A stretch of 64,000 nucleotides of DNA from assembly GCA_963701295.1 (NCBI GenBank), contig OY969585.1, positions 1,984,001-2,048,000 of the forward strand. Reading direction: 5' to 3'. Both the position numbers and the translations under genes were made by a program. Each line of letters starts with the position of its first letter. The first letter of the stretch is position 1. Source of the DNA: Ignavibacteriota bacterium. Its GTDB lineage: Bacteria > Bacteroidota > Ignavibacteria > UBA10030. Below are positions 12,188 through 22,393 of the stretch, piece after piece. Under the pieces are notes generated by a model that made no database searches, was not told the DNA's origin, and saw nothing but the letters and a program-made list of their open reading frames with translations.

Positions 12188-12523
12188 ATGGCGCAGAATC
12201 TCCACATACATAAGAATGATACAGTCCTCGTCGTTTCGGGCGCGTTCAGAAAAAAGCAAGGCAAAGTGCTGAAAGTGTTTCCTGATACACAACGGGTGAT
12301 TATCGAGAACGTCAATATTATCAAAAGGGCCACACGCCCTTCACAGAAGAATCCGCAGGGTGGGGTAGTTCAAAAAGAGGGAAGTATTCGTGCGTCAAAC
12401 GTGATGGCTATTTGTCCCAAGTGCAGTAAACCGACTCGTATTGGGCACAAACATGTGAAAGATGCAACGAGCGGCAAAAAGAAAACAATGAGAACTTGCA
12501 AACAATGCAATGAGATGTTCTAA
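12188..12523 (+). CDS. rplX: 50S ribosomal protein L24 (with CxxC...CxxC)
   Basis: KOW-like N-terminus, NPQGGVVQKEG, CPKC...CKQC. Confidence 0.97.
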   Translation: MAQNLHIHKNDTVLVVSGAFRKKQGKVLKVFPDTQRVIIENVNIIKRATRPSQKNPQGGVVQKEGSIRASNVMAICPKCSKPTRIGHKHVKDATSGKKKTMRTCKQCNEMF

Positions 12524-12534
12524 GAGAGTAATTC

Positions 12535-13206
12535 ATGGCGAAAGAAACAACTCCTAAAAAGGAAAAAGTTACAAAGGCTGCTACCGAGTCCAAAGGCAAG
12601 AAAGAAGCAGGCGGACAGGAAAAAGGAGTGGCAGCTCGTCTGTTTGAGCGTTATCAAAAGGAAACAGTTCCATCAATGATGAAAAAGTTTCAGTACAAGA
12701 GCAAGATGCAAGTGCCACGGCTGGAAAAAATTTCTATCAACATTGGCGTTGGACAAGCGACACAGGATCCAAAATTGTTGGATGTTGCAGTACACGAATT
12801 GGAAGCTATTACCGGACAGAAGGTAGCGATCACAAAATCCAAGAAGGCGATTTCAAATTTCAAGTTGCGCGAGAATCTTCCCATTGGATGTCGCGTCACG
12901 TTACGCAGAGCTAAAATGTACGAGTTTTTAGATAGATTTGTCAGTGTCGCATTACCGCGTGTGCGTGATTTTCGCGGTGTTTCAGATAAATCGTTCGATG
13001 GTCATGGCAATTATACTGTTGGAGTCAAAGAACAGATTATTTTCCCGGAAATTGATGTAGACAAAGTAACACGGATCTCTGGAATGGACATTACGTTCGT
13101 CACGACTGCCAAGAACGACGTTGAAGCATATGAATTATTAAAAGAGCTTGGCATACCGTTTGTAAAGCGGCAAGAAGTTGTTCAACCCATAACCCAGAAC
13201 ACGTAA
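12535..13206 (+). CDS. rplE: 50S ribosomal protein L5 with N-terminal extension
   Basis: [28 protein letters not shown]. Confidence 0.99.
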   Translation: MAKETTPKKEKVTKAATESKGKKEAGGQEKGVAARLFERYQKETVPSMMKKFQYKSKMQVPRLEKISINIGVGQATQDPKLLDVAVHELEAITGQKVAITKSKKAISNFKLRENLPIGCRVTLRRAKMYEFLDRFVSVALPRVRDFRGVSDKSFDGHGNYTVGVKEQIIFPEIDVDKVTRISGMDITFVTTAKNDVEAYELLKELGIPFVKRQEVVQPITQNT

Positions 13207-13221
13207 AGCAAAGGAGTTCGC

Positions 13222-13407
13222 TTGGCACGTTTAGCTATGCGAGTAAAGGCGAAGAGAACGCCAAAACACAAAGTATCACAACACAATCGTTGTAATATCT
13301 GTGGACGTCCGCGCAGTTATTATCGGAAGTTCGGCCTCTGCAGGATCTGTCTTCGTAAGCTCGCGCTTGAAGGCAAGATTCCAGGTGTTTGCAAGGCAAG
13401 TTGGTAA
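13222..13407 (+). CDS. rpsN: 30S ribosomal protein S14, short zinc-binding type
   Basis: RCNICGRPR...GLCRIC...IPGV.KASW, 61 aa; TTG start after AAGGAG. Confidence 0.98.
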   Translation: MARLAMRVKAKRTPKHKVSQHNRCNICGRPRSYYRKFGLCRICLRKLALEGKIPGVCKASW

Positions 13408-13432
13408 CACAATAAATTAGAGAGTTCAATCG

Positions 13433-13828
13433 ATGTCGAAAACTGATCCTATTGCCGATTATCTTACAAGAATCCGCAATGCAGCAAAAGCGAAACACCG
13501 TCGGGTAGATATTCCGTCCTCCAAATTGAAGAAGGCGATTTCTCAAATTCTTTTGGAGAAAAATTATATTTCTGGGTTCACAGTACTCGAGGATAAGAAG
13601 CAGAATGTCCTTCGGGTTAATCTCAAGTACTACAACGGAAAACCGGTCATCACCGGATTACGTCGAGTGAGCAAGCCGGGTATTCGATTATACTGCGGTT
13701 CCAATGAATTGCCTCGTGTACTCGGTGGCTTAGGTGTTGCGATCATCACCACATCGAGAGGTGTGATGACGGATGCACAGGCAAAGAGAGATAATGTTGG
13801 CGGCGAAATTCTTGCTTACATCTGGTAA
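13433..13828 (+). CDS. rpsH: 30S ribosomal protein S8
   Basis: DPIADYLTRIRNA, RVSKPG, TSRGVMT, GGEIL. Confidence 0.99.
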   Translation: MSKTDPIADYLTRIRNAAKAKHRRVDIPSSKLKKAISQILLEKNYISGFTVLEDKKQNVLRVNLKYYNGKPVITGLRRVSKPGIRLYCGSNELPRVLGGLGVAIITTSRGVMTDAQAKRDNVGGEILAYIW

Positions 13829-13851
13829 GTTTTTGAAGAGGAGAGAATACA

Positions 13852-14400
13852 GTGTCACGTATTGGTAGAAAACCGGTTCAGATTCCTAAGGGTGTCACAG
13901 TCACTTTGAAGGATGGTGTCGTATCCATCAAGGGACCAAAAGGTGTCTTAGAGGAAAAAGTACATTTGGATGTCAGTGTCGAGGTGAAGGACCAGCAAAT
14001 CCTTCTTAATCGAAAGTCGGATGAAACGAAATATCGTGCATTGCACGGATTGTGGCGTGCACTGATTCAGAATATGATTACTGGTGTCACCGAAGGATTT
14101 TCCAGAAAGCTGGAAATCATCGGTGTCGGTTACCGTGCTGAAATGAAGGGGACACGATTGAATCTTCTCCTTGGTTACAGTCACCCGATTTTATTTGGAG
14201 CGCCGGAAGGAATTAAAATTGAAGCACCGACTCAAACAAGTATTCTCATAAGCGGTATCCACAAACAACTTGTTGGTTTGGTTGCGGCGAAGATACGTTC
14301 TTTCCGTCCGCCGGAGCCGTATAAAGGCAAGGGTATTAAATATGAAGGCGAATATATCCGTCGTAAAGCTGGTAAAGCAGCCGCTACGGCTGCGAAGTAG
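13852..14400 (+). CDS. rplF: 50S ribosomal protein L6
   Basis: SRIGRKP, GVGYRA, RPPEPYKGKGI; GTG start. Confidence 0.99.
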   Translation: MSRIGRKPVQIPKGVTVTLKDGVVSIKGPKGVLEEKVHLDVSVEVKDQQILLNRKSDETKYRALHGLWRALIQNMITGVTEGFSRKLEIIGVGYRAEMKGTRLNLLLGYSHPILFGAPEGIKIEAPTQTSILISGIHKQLVGLVAAKIRSFRPPEPYKGKGIKYEGEYIRRKAGKAAATAAK

Positions 14401-14433
14401 TAAGAAAGATTTTGAGGTAAGGAAGAAAGAATT

Positions 14434-14802
14434 ATGATTCGAAAGAACACAGTGGAACGCCTTGCAAAAAAGCAGGCGCGCATCCGAAAGAAAATCAAAG
14501 GCACGCCTGAGCGTCCTCGTTTGGTCGTCTTTCGTAGCGCTAAACATGCATATGCGCAGATCATTGACGACACAACTGGAAAAACGGTGTTATCAGTATC
14601 AACATTGTCAAAAGATCTTCGTGAGGATGTGAAGCAAGCGAAAACACCGATTGCGCGTTACAAGCTCATTGGCGTTGCAACGGCAAAAAAAGCGCTTGAA
14701 AAAAATATCAAAGAAGTGGTCTTTGACCGAAGCGGTTATCTGTATCATGGCCGTGTTAAAGCACTCGCGGATGGTGCTCGCGAAGGCGGACTGAAATTCT
14801 AA
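14434..14802 (+). CDS. rplR: 50S ribosomal protein L18
   Basis: [25 protein letters not shown]. Confidence 0.99.
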   Translation: MIRKNTVERLAKKQARIRKKIKGTPERPRLVVFRSAKHAYAQIIDDTTGKTVLSVSTLSKDLREDVKQAKTPIARYKLIGVATAKKALEKNIKEVVFDRSGYLYHGRVKALADGAREGGLKF

Positions 14803-14816
14803 CTCCTCATACCCGT

Positions 14817-15326
14817 ATGAAAAATATGCCAAAAGTTAAAGTAGGCGAATTCGAACTTAAAGAACGGTTAGTGAACGTTAACCGTGTAGCGAAAGTGGTT
14901 AAAGGTGGACGCCGCTTCAGCTTCAATGCCATCGTTGTCGTAGGCGATGGTAATGGTCACATTGGCGTTGGTCTCGGAAAGGCGAATGAAGTACAAGATG
15001 CAATTGCGAAAGGTACGGATGATGCAAAGAAGAGCCTCGTTTTTGTCCCTATTGTGAAGGGAACTATTCCACATTCGGTCATTGGAAAGTTTGGCGCAGG
15101 AAAAGTGATGCTCAAACCAGCAGCTCCCGGAACCGGTCTCATAGCCGGTGGCGGTGTCCGCGCTGTTCTAGAAATGGCAGGTGTGAAAGATGTGCTCACG
15201 AAGCAAATGGGTTCACCGAATTCCCACAATGTTGTTAAAGCAACTATGCAGGCACTTTTAAATCTTTCAGATGCTCGAATGATTGCTGAACGCCGTGGAA
15301 TAACATTTCAGGAACTGTTTCAATAA
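14817..15326 (+). CDS. rpsE: 30S ribosomal protein S5
   Basis: [26 protein letters not shown]; start may be 14826. Confidence 0.98.
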   Translation: MKNMPKVKVGEFELKERLVNVNRVAKVVKGGRRFSFNAIVVVGDGNGHIGVGLGKANEVQDAIAKGTDDAKKSLVFVPIVKGTIPHSVIGKFGAGKVMLKPAAPGTGLIAGGGVRAVLEMAGVKDVLTKQMGSPNSHNVVKATMQALLNLSDARMIAERRGITFQELFQ

Positions 15327-15346
15327 ACTCTTAGTGAAGACATACT

Positions 15347-15538
15347 ATGTCGGAATCGAAGAAAATTAAAATCACACAGGTCAAGAGTATTGTTGACCAT
15401 CTCGAGAATGCTAAGCTTACCATCAAAGCACTGGGACTCGGCAGGCCGAATTATTTTGTTATTAAAAATGATACTCCGCAGATTCGTGGCATGATCAACA
15501 GAGTCCGGCATCTTGTCAAAGTGGAAGAGGTACAGTAA
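15347..15538 (+). CDS. rpmD: 50S ribosomal protein L30
   Basis: ITQVKS, ALGL, IRGMINRVRHLV. Confidence 0.97.
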   Translation: MSESKKIKITQVKSIVDHLENAKLTIKALGLGRPNYFVIKNDTPQIRGMINRVRHLVKVEEVQ

Positions 15539-16023
15539 TGGCGAAAGACATTCTTAGCAATTTAACGCCAGCGAAAGGTTCGCGGAGAAAGACAAAGCGA
15601 ATCGGCCGCGGTCAGGGTTCCGGGCACGGTGGAACAGCAACCAAGGGACACAAGGGTGCAAAATCCCGTTCGGGTCATAAGTTTAAGATGTGGTTTGAAG
15701 GTGGACAGATGCCGCTGACGCGACGCGTGCCGAAGTTCGGTTTCACACCGCGCAATCGTATCGAGATGCAAGTCGTGAATATTACAACACTAGGCATACT
15801 GGCTGAAAAAAAGAAATTTGCCGACGGCGTGGTGACGCCAGAAGTTCTTTTCAAGACTGGCACAACTGCAAAGAAAAATGTTCCAATAAAAATTCTTGGT
15901 AATGGCGAAATAAAAATAAAATTAGATGTCACTGCACATGCATTTAGTAAATCGGCGATTTCGAAAATCGAAGCCGCCGGAGGAAAAACCACAGTTCTTA
16001 CAAAGACAACCGCGAACTCATGA
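15538..16023 (+). CDS. rplO: 50S ribosomal protein L15
   Basis: RIGRGQGSG, FEGGQMPL.RRVPKFGF. Confidence 0.99.
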   Translation: MAKDILSNLTPAKGSRRKTKRIGRGQGSGHGGTATKGHKGAKSRSGHKFKMWFEGGQMPLTRRVPKFGFTPRNRIEMQVVNITTLGILAEKKKFADGVVTPEVLFKTGTTAKKNVPIKILGNGEIKIKLDVTAHAFSKSAISKIEAAGGKTTVLTKTTANS

Positions 16024-17357
16024 GTAAGCTGACTGACACCTTTACGAATATTTTTAAAATCCAGGAGTTGCGTGAGAGGCTGTTGTTCACAACGCTCTTG
16101 CTGATTATTGTCCGTATCGGCTCGCACATTACGCTGCCTGGCGTTGATGCAGTTCTCTTGGCAGACACGATCCGGAAATCGTCTGAGAATACTCTTTTTG
16201 GATTGTATGATCTTTTTGTCGGAGGTGCCTTTAGCAATGCGGCGATCTTTGCACTCGGTATTATGCCGTATATCAGTGCATCTATTGTCATTCAATTGCT
16301 CGGCGCGGTGGTTCCGTACTTCGCCAAGCTGCAAAAAGAAGGCGAGGAGGGACGCAAGAAAATTACGCAATACACTCGTTATGGTACCGTCGCTATATCG
16401 CTTATGCAGGCGAGTGGTGTGGTAGCAAAACTCATGAGCGTTGCTCCTGGCGGAAATCCTATTGTGCCAATAGGAGTCCGTGGGGCAGGATTCTATATGA
16501 GTACGATGATTATTCTTACTACCGGCACTATCTTTATGATGTGGCTGGGTGAGCAGATTACCGAGCGTGGCATCGGTAATGGAATCTCATTGATTATATT
16601 CATTGGTATCGTAGCGCGTTTCCCGCATGCTATTCTCAATGAAGCCCAGCTTGTTACAGGCGGTACACGAAACCTTATCGTTGAGTTAGTGATCTTTGTC
16701 CTTATGGGCTTCATTGTCGCAGGTGTTGTTCTTATTACGCAAGGTACTCGCCGTATTCCCGTACAATATGCGAAACGGGTTGTGGGAAGAAAAGTATACG
16801 GCGGTGTAACACAATACATTCCGCTGCGCGTAAACACAGCTGGTGTTATGCCGATCATTTTTGCTCAAGCGATCATGTTCGTTCCGCAGATTGTTTTCTC
16901 ATTCTTTCCGGAGAACGAGTTCGTGAATGAGTTGTCCAATAATTGGTTTGGTTATACTTCATGGACTTATTCCGTCATCTATGCGTTGATGATCGTTTTC
17001 TTCACCTATTTCTATACTGCTATTGCTTTCAATCCGAAAGATGTTGCAGATAATATGAAGAAACAGGGCGGATTTATTCCTGGCATTCGTCCCGGTACAC
17101 ATACAGCAGAATTCGTCGATAATATTTTAACAAAGATCACGCTTCCGGGTTCGATCGGACTGGCGATCATCGCTATTCTCCCAACGATGATGATTAAATT
17201 AGGTGTGACGCCGGGCTTTGCATCATTCTTTGGTGGAACAAGTTTACTTATTATGGTAGGTGTTGCACTGGATACATTGCAGCAAGTCGAGTCGCATTTA
17301 TTGATGCGTCACTATGATGGGTTTATGAAGAGTGGTAAGCTCAGAGGCAGACGGTAG
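16020..17357 (+). CDS. secY: Preprotein translocase subunit SecY
   Basis: ALGIMPYISASI, GIGNGISLII, GVMPIIFA, FIPGIRPG, GGTSLLI. Confidence 0.99.
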   Translation: MSKLTDTFTNIFKIQELRERLLFTTLLLIIVRIGSHITLPGVDAVLLADTIRKSSENTLFGLYDLFVGGAFSNAAIFALGIMPYISASIVIQLLGAVVPYFAKLQKEGEEGRKKITQYTRYGTVAISLMQASGVVAKLMSVAPGGNPIVPIGVRGAGFYMSTMIILTTGTIFMMWLGEQITERGIGNGISLIIFIGIVARFPHAILNEAQLVTGGTRNLIVELVIFVLMGFIVAGVVLITQGTRRIPVQYAKRVVGRKVYGGVTQYIPLRVNTAGVMPIIFAQAIMFVPQIVFSFFPENEFVNELSNNWFGYTSWTYSVIYALMIVFFTYFYTAIAFNPKDVADNMKKQGGFIPGIRPGTHTAEFVDNILTKITLPGSIGLAIIAILPTMMIKLGVTPGFASFFGGTSLLIMVGVALDTLQQVESHLLMRHYDGFMKSGKLRGRR

Positions 17358-17372
17358 GCCTCGTTATCTGCG

Positions 17373-18134
17373 ATGATTCCTCTGAAATCGATCGAAGAGA
17401 TTGAATTCATTCGTGAGAGTAGCCGAATCGTCGCCGATGTACTCAAGTTGGTGGGTGCACAAGTTCAACCGGGCATAACCACGCTGGAGCTTGACAAAGT
17501 TGCAGAAGACTTTATTCGCTCGATGGGCGGCGAGCCGGCGTTTAAAGGATATGGTTGGGATAAGAAGAATTTATTCCCGGCAACGCTTTGCACCTCGATA
17601 GATGCGGAAGTTGTGCATGGTATCCCGGGCAAACGAATGTTAAAAGATGGAGATTTATTGTCCATTGATGTTGGTGTGAAGAAGAATGGTTTTTATGGCG
17701 ATGGAGCATGTTCTTTTGGAATTGGAGAAGTATCAGAAGAGAAACAACGGCTGATGCGTGTAACACAAGAATCGCTTGCGAAAGGAATTGAACAAGCAGT
17801 CGCCGGCAAGAGAGTGCACGATGTTTCGAATGCGATTCAACATCATGTAGAAGCAAATGGGTTTTCAGTCGTCCGGGATTTAGTTGGACACGGAGTTGGT
17901 AGGAAGTTGCACGAAGAACCGTCTATTCCGAATTTTGGAGAATCGGGAACAGGTGTAGTGTTAAAAGATGGAATGACGCTTGCTATCGAACCAATGGTCA
18001 ATGCGGGAACGTGGCGGGTAAAAGTAGCAACAGATGGTTGGACCGTTTTGACAGTCGATGGGAAACCATCGGCGCATTTTGAACATACCATAGCGATTGT
18101 ACGCGGCAAGGCAGAGATACTTACCTTGTCCTAA
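17373..18134 (+). CDS. map: Methionine aminopeptidase type I
   Basis: VVHGIP, GHGVG, IEPM, SAHFEHT. Confidence 0.98.
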   Translation: MIPLKSIEEIEFIRESSRIVADVLKLVGAQVQPGITTLELDKVAEDFIRSMGGEPAFKGYGWDKKNLFPATLCTSIDAEVVHGIPGKRMLKDGDLLSIDVGVKKNGFYGDGACSFGIGEVSEEKQRLMRVTQESLAKGIEQAVAGKRVHDVSNAIQHHVEANGFSVVRDLVGHGVGRKLHEEPSIPNFGESGTGVVLKDGMTLAIEPMVNAGTWRVKVATDGWTVLTVDGKPSAHFEHTIAIVRGKAEILTLS

Positions 18135-18140
18135 AGAAGA

Positions 18141-18359
18141 ATGGCGAAGCAAGGACCGATCAAAGTTGACGGAGTAATTACCGATACGCTGCCGAACGCA
18201 ACGTTTCGTGTGAAACTCGATAACGGCGTGGAAATCTTTGCACATATCTCTGGAAAAATGCGAATGCATTACATCAAAATTCTCGTCGGAGATAGAGTAA
18301 CAGTGGAAATGTCGCCGTACGATTTATCTAAAGGTCGTATCACGTATCGATACAAATAG
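18141..18359 (+). CDS. infA: Translation initiation factor IF-1
   Basis: [21 protein letters not shown]. Confidence 0.99.
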   Translation: MAKQGPIKVDGVITDTLPNATFRVKLDNGVEIFAHISGKMRMHYIKILVGDRVTVEMSPYDLSKGRITYRYK

Positions 18360-18387
18360 AGATTCTTATGGGATTGAGGAGCAAAAC

Positions 18388-18501
18388 ATGAAGGTTCGGT
18401 CATCAGTGAAAAAAATGTGTGAGAACTGCAAGATTATTCGGCGCAAAGGTGTCATCCGGGTAATTTGTAAAAATCCAAAACACAAACAGCGGCAAGGATA
18501 A
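18388..18501 (+). CDS. rpmJ: 50S ribosomal protein L36 (37 aa, below ORF-track cutoff)
   Basis: Hand translation [43 protein letters not shown] upstream. Confidence 0.98.
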   Translation: MKVRSSVKKMCENCKIIRRKGVIRVICKNPKHKQRQG

Positions 18502-18516
18502 ACAAGGAGTAACGAC

Positions 18517-18900
18517 GTGGCTCGTATTGCTGGAGTTGATTTACCCAAAAATAAGCGTTCAGAAATTGGGCTTACCTATATATACGGTATCGGCCGCTCC
18601 GCAGCACTGGAGATTCTTGAAAAGGCAAAAGTCGATCGTGGAAAGCGGGTCGGCGATTTGAACGATGAAGAGGTAGCGGCGATTCGTTCTATCATTCAAT
18701 CAGACTTTAAGGTGGAAGGTGCTTTGCGGAGTGAATATCAACTTAACACCAAACGATTAATGGATATTGGCTGTTACCGCGGTTTGCGTCATCGCAAAGG
18801 ACTTCCAGTTCGTGGACAGAGAACACGTACCAACTCGCGCACGCGCAAAGGTAAAAGAAAGACGGTCGCCGGCAAGAAGAAAGCACTCGAGAAGAAGTAG
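18517..18900 (+). CDS. rpsM: 30S ribosomal protein S13
   Basis: [26 protein letters not shown]; GTG start. Confidence 0.99.
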   Translation: MARIAGVDLPKNKRSEIGLTYIYGIGRSAALEILEKAKVDRGKRVGDLNDEEVAAIRSIIQSDFKVEGALRSEYQLNTKRLMDIGCYRGLRHRKGLPVRGQRTRTNSRTRKGKRKTVAGKKKALEKK

Positions 18901-18936
18901 TCAATTAGTTGAAAATCTTTTAGAAGGAAGATTGCA

Positions 18937-19332
18937 TTGGCAAAACAAACAGCACCAGTAACAAAAAAGAAAAAGAAAGTTCATGTCGATGTCAACGGGA
19001 AGGCGTTCATTAAGGCGACCTTCAATAATACTATCGTAACATTGACTGATACGTATGGTAATGTCATTGCATGGTCAACATCGGGCAAGAACGGATTCAA
19101 GGGATCACGCAAGAGCACTCCATTTGCTGCACAGGTTGCCGCAGAAGCAGCCGCGAAGGAAGCCCATGGTCTAGGACTTCGCCGTGTAGAAGTGTTTATC
19201 AAAGGGCCAGGTGGCGGACGTGAAGCAGCGGTTCGGTCTTTGCAAACAGCAGGACTTGAAGTCATGTTGATTCGAGATATTACACCGATTCCGCATAACG
19301 GATGCCGTCCACCAAAGCGTCGAAGAGTGTAA
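18937..19332 (+). CDS. rpsK: 30S ribosomal protein S11
   Basis: [38 protein letters not shown]; TTG start. Confidence 0.99.
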   Translation: MAKQTAPVTKKKKKVHVDVNGKAFIKATFNNTIVTLTDTYGNVIAWSTSGKNGFKGSRKSTPFAAQVAAEAAAKEAHGLGLRRVEVFIKGPGGGREAAVRSLQTAGLEVMLIRDITPIPHNGCRPPKRRRV

Positions 19333-19341
19333 AACAATTGA

Positions 19342-19402
19342 CGATTGTATGATTTCCGATTGAATGATAGTTTGATCGGAAATCGAAAATCGAAATTCGA
19401 AA
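19342..19402. repeat. Heptamer-repeat hairpin in the rpsK-rpsD spacer
   Basis: GATTTCCGAT (19351-60) pairs with ATCGGAAATC (19375-84); tandem ATCGGAA-ATCGAAA-ATCGAAA-TTCGAAA at 19375-19402. Confidence 0.8.
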
Positions 19403-19418
19403 ATTATTAAGGAGATCT

Positions 19419-20048
19419 ATGGCAAGATACATTGATGCCAATTGCAAACTGTGCCGTCGAGAGAAGCAAAAGTTGTTTCTGAAAGGAACAAAGTGCTTGA
19501 CGGAAAAATGTCCTTTGGAAAAGAGGAATTATGCACCGGGTCAGCATGGGCAATCCCGGCGATCGCGGATTTCAGAGTATGGCGTACAATTACGTGAAAA
19601 ACAGAAAGTCCGTCGGATGTACGGAATTTTAGAAGCACAATTCCGAAATTATTTCCATCGAGCGTCTCAGCAATCTGGTCGAACCGGTGATGCGTTGGTG
19701 AAAATGCTGGAACGCCGGCTTGATAATGTAATCTATCGGTTAGGTTTTGCACCATCGCGTAAATCAGCACGGCAGTTAGTCGTTCACAGACATTTTGTAG
19801 TCAACAATCAGATCGTTGATATCCCATCGTTCCTTGTGAGCCCGGGTGATGTTATACAGGTGCGGGAACATGCGAAGAAACTTGCACTGATCCATGATGC
19901 AATGAAACGTGTGAAGGACGCTTCTATGCTGCCCTGGCTCAATATCGACAAAGCAACGATGACCGGTACGTTTCTAAATATTCCAGAACGCGCAGAAATT
20001 CCATTGAATGCAAATGAGCAACTGATTGTTGAGTTGTACTCGAAGTAA
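19419..20048 (+). CDS. rpsD: 30S ribosomal protein S4 (Cys-containing type)
   Basis: CKLCRRE..KLFLKG.KC...KCP, PGQHG, LERRLDNV, IVELYSK. Confidence 0.99.
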   Translation: MARYIDANCKLCRREKQKLFLKGTKCLTEKCPLEKRNYAPGQHGQSRRSRISEYGVQLREKQKVRRMYGILEAQFRNYFHRASQQSGRTGDALVKMLERRLDNVIYRLGFAPSRKSARQLVVHRHFVVNNQIVDIPSFLVSPGDVIQVREHAKKLALIHDAMKRVKDASMLPWLNIDKATMTGTFLNIPERAEIPLNANEQLIVELYSK

Positions 20049-20105
20049 TTGAACTATGAGCCAAGAACTATTATCCGCCTCGATGAACTCGGGAAAAGGA
20101 ACACT

Positions 20106-21089
20106 ATGAGTACTCTTCAAATACCTGAAAGAGTCGAACTGGAACAGTCGACATATTCCACCACGACAGGAAAATTTACACTTCAACCTTTAGAAAAGGG
20201 ATTTGGAGTGACGATGGGAAATTCGATGCGCCGTGTATTGTTATCATCATTACCGGGCACGGCAATTACCGCAATTCGTGTTGAAGGAATTCACCATGAA
20301 TTTTCTACGATCAAAGGGATGGTGGAAGATGTTGCGGATTTTATCTTGAACCTGAAACAGGTTCGTATCAAACCGATCAACAAGAAAGCGTCCAAGGTGA
20401 CGCTGCACGGAAAAGGTCCAGGCAAGTTGAAGGCTGGAGATATTCAGAAGGCTTCCACAGAAGTTGAAGTTATGAATCCGGATCACCATCTCGCTTCGCT
20501 CAATAAAGATGCGGATTTCGAAATCGAACTTCGTCTTGGACGTGGCAAGGGATATGTTCCTGCAGAGGAAAATAAATCGTCAGACCAACCATTAGGAACA
20601 ATAGCCATCGATTCGATCTTTACACCCATCACAAATGTGCGTTATACGGTTGAGCCGACGCGTGTGGGCGGGCAAACGGACTTCGAAAAACTCGTGCTTG
20701 AGATTGAAACTGATGGTTCGGTTACTCCGGAAGAAGCAGTCACGTACGCTGCAAAAATCTTGCGTGATCACTTGCAGCTCTTTATCAACTTCGGCGTGGA
20801 GCCGGAGGCGGAAAAAGCAGAGACAGAGCAGGAAGCAGAAGTCGGCAGAGTGCGCAAGATTCTTCGGTTGTCTGTAGATGAATTGGAATTATCGGTGCGT
20901 TCTCATAACTGTCTCCGTTCTGCTAATATCAAAACACTGGCAGATCTCGTGCACAGGAGTGAATCTGAATTATTGAAGTTCCGCAACTTTGGGCGTAAAT
21001 CGCTGGCAGAGCTTTCCGAAATCGTTGAACAGCATGGACTAACGTTTGGAATGGATGTGGACAAGTATTTGAAAGAAGGCAACGACTAA
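20106..21089 (+). CDS. rpoA: RNA polymerase alpha subunit
   Basis: PLEKGFGVTMGNSMRRVLLSS, ELELSVRS.NCL, NFGRKSL; ATG 20106 after AAGGA. Confidence 0.98.
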   Translation: MSTLQIPERVELEQSTYSTTTGKFTLQPLEKGFGVTMGNSMRRVLLSSLPGTAITAIRVEGIHHEFSTIKGMVEDVADFILNLKQVRIKPINKKASKVTLHGKGPGKLKAGDIQKASTEVEVMNPDHHLASLNKDADFEIELRLGRGKGYVPAEENKSSDQPLGTIAIDSIFTPITNVRYTVEPTRVGGQTDFEKLVLEIETDGSVTPEEAVTYAAKILRDHLQLFINFGVEPEAEKAETEQEAEVGRVRKILRLSVDELELSVRSHNCLRSANIKTLADLVHRSESELLKFRNFGRKSLAELSEIVEQHGLTFGMDVDKYLKEGND

Positions 21090-21110
21090 GTCGTAAAAGG
21101 AATGTGAAGT

Positions 21111-21671
21111 ATGCGTCATCAGAACTCAGGACGAAAACTCAATCGAACCGCAAGTCACCGCAAAGCAACGCTGGCGGCATTGTGCTCGGCATTGATTATG
21201 CACAAAAGAATCAAAACAACCGTTGCGAAGGCAAAAGAAACGCGAATGTTCGTAGAGAAGATTATTACTCGTGCGAAAAATGCAGTTGCGAATGAAACCA
21301 CACCTGACAAGAAGAATATTGCAGCACGGCGCGAAGTATTTGCGGCTCTTCGGAATAGGGAAGCGGTGTCGAGTTTGTTCAAAGATATCGCACCAAAAGT
21401 TGCCACGCGTCCCGGCGGCTATACACGTGTTGTGAAACTCGGCAGACGATTAGGCGATGGCGCTGAGCTTGCGGTGTTGGAGCTTGTCGATTTCAATGTC
21501 GGTCAAGATAAAGCGGCAGCGAAAGCAGCAAAAAAATCCACTTCTCGAAAGAAAAGTACAGTGAAGATAAAGAAGAGTAAGGATGCAGCAACTTCCGAAT
21601 CGGTTGAACAGAAGAAAGTACCAAGCGCATCTGAAACAAGTGTAGGATCACCCCCGATCGCAGGGTCGTAA
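21111..21671 (+). CDS. rplQ: 50S ribosomal protein L17 with long C-terminal tail
   Basis: MRH...[25 protein letters not shown]. Confidence 0.99.
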   Translation: MRHQNSGRKLNRTASHRKATLAALCSALIMHKRIKTTVAKAKETRMFVEKIITRAKNAVANETTPDKKNIAARREVFAALRNREAVSSLFKDIAPKVATRPGGYTRVVKLGRRLGDGAELAVLELVDFNVGQDKAAAKAAKKSTSRKKSTVKIKKSKDAATSESVEQKKVPSASETSVGSPPIAGS

Positions 21672-21681
21672 GAAAGTGGAA

Positions 21682-21714
21682 CAAGAAAGGATAGCAGACG
21701 GCTATCCTTTCTTG
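21682..21714 (+). terminator. Hairpin ending the alpha operon
   Basis: CAAGAAAGGATAGC-agacg-GCTATCCTTTCTTG, 14-bp perfect stem. Confidence 0.7.
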
Positions 21715-21738
21715 CTTCTATAAGCATGGGAGAAACAT

Positions 21739-22368
21739 ATGCTCAAAATTGTATCAGCAGAATTTTTACAGGGTGTTGTCGATCTACGACAACTTCCCAA
21801 AAATGAGTTATGCGAGATCGTGTACATTGGCCGATCAAATGTTGGCAAATCCTCATTATTAAACAAAATGTGCAACAAGAAAAACCTTGCGCGCACCAGG
21901 ACCGTTCCTGGAAAAACGCGCGAGATCAATTATTATATTATTAACAACTCGTTTTATTTTGTTGATTTGCCTGGGTACGGTTATGCAAAAGTACCGGAAC
22001 AAATGCGCGCAGGCTGGAAAAAATTGATTGAAGATTTCCTGAAACGCGGACAACCAGTTGCTCTAGCGATGCAGCTCATCGATTCACGTCAGGAGCCGAC
22101 ACCGCTTGACCTGATGATGATGGATTGGCTGGAATACTACGAAGTTCCCTATCTGCTTGTTCTCACAAAATCGGATAAACTTCCATTTAGTAAATTGGGG
22201 AAGCAAATTGAGCTCTATAAAGATCATTTTCATAGCCAGTTGACCGAAGGGTGCTGCCGTGGTATCGTGCCATTTTCTATTATCAGTGGTGACGGACGAT
22301 TGGAACTGCTCAAATTCATTGACTCTCATCTACAGACATCACCCAAGAAGAAAAAAGAAGCTGTGTAG
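21739..22368 (+). CDS. engB: Ribosome biogenesis GTPase EngB/YihA/YsxC
   Basis: GRSNVGKSSLLN, PGKTREIN, DLPGYGYA, TKSDK. Confidence 0.97.
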   Translation: MLKIVSAEFLQGVVDLRQLPKNELCEIVYIGRSNVGKSSLLNKMCNKKNLARTRTVPGKTREINYYIINNSFYFVDLPGYGYAKVPEQMRAGWKKLIEDFLKRGQPVALAMQLIDSRQEPTPLDLMMMDWLEYYEVPYLLVLTKSDKLPFSKLGKQIELYKDHFHSQLTEGCCRGIVPFSIISGDGRLELLKFIDSHLQTSPKKKKEAV

Positions 22369-22393
22369 AATTTTGCCACACTCCATTTCTTGA

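Noticed and set aside
179-21929. Many antisense and off-frame ORFs over rpoC and the ribosomal cluster (e.g. 15675-16370 minus, 231 aa)
   Set aside because: Shadows of highly conserved genes; no RBS, motifs or independent signals.
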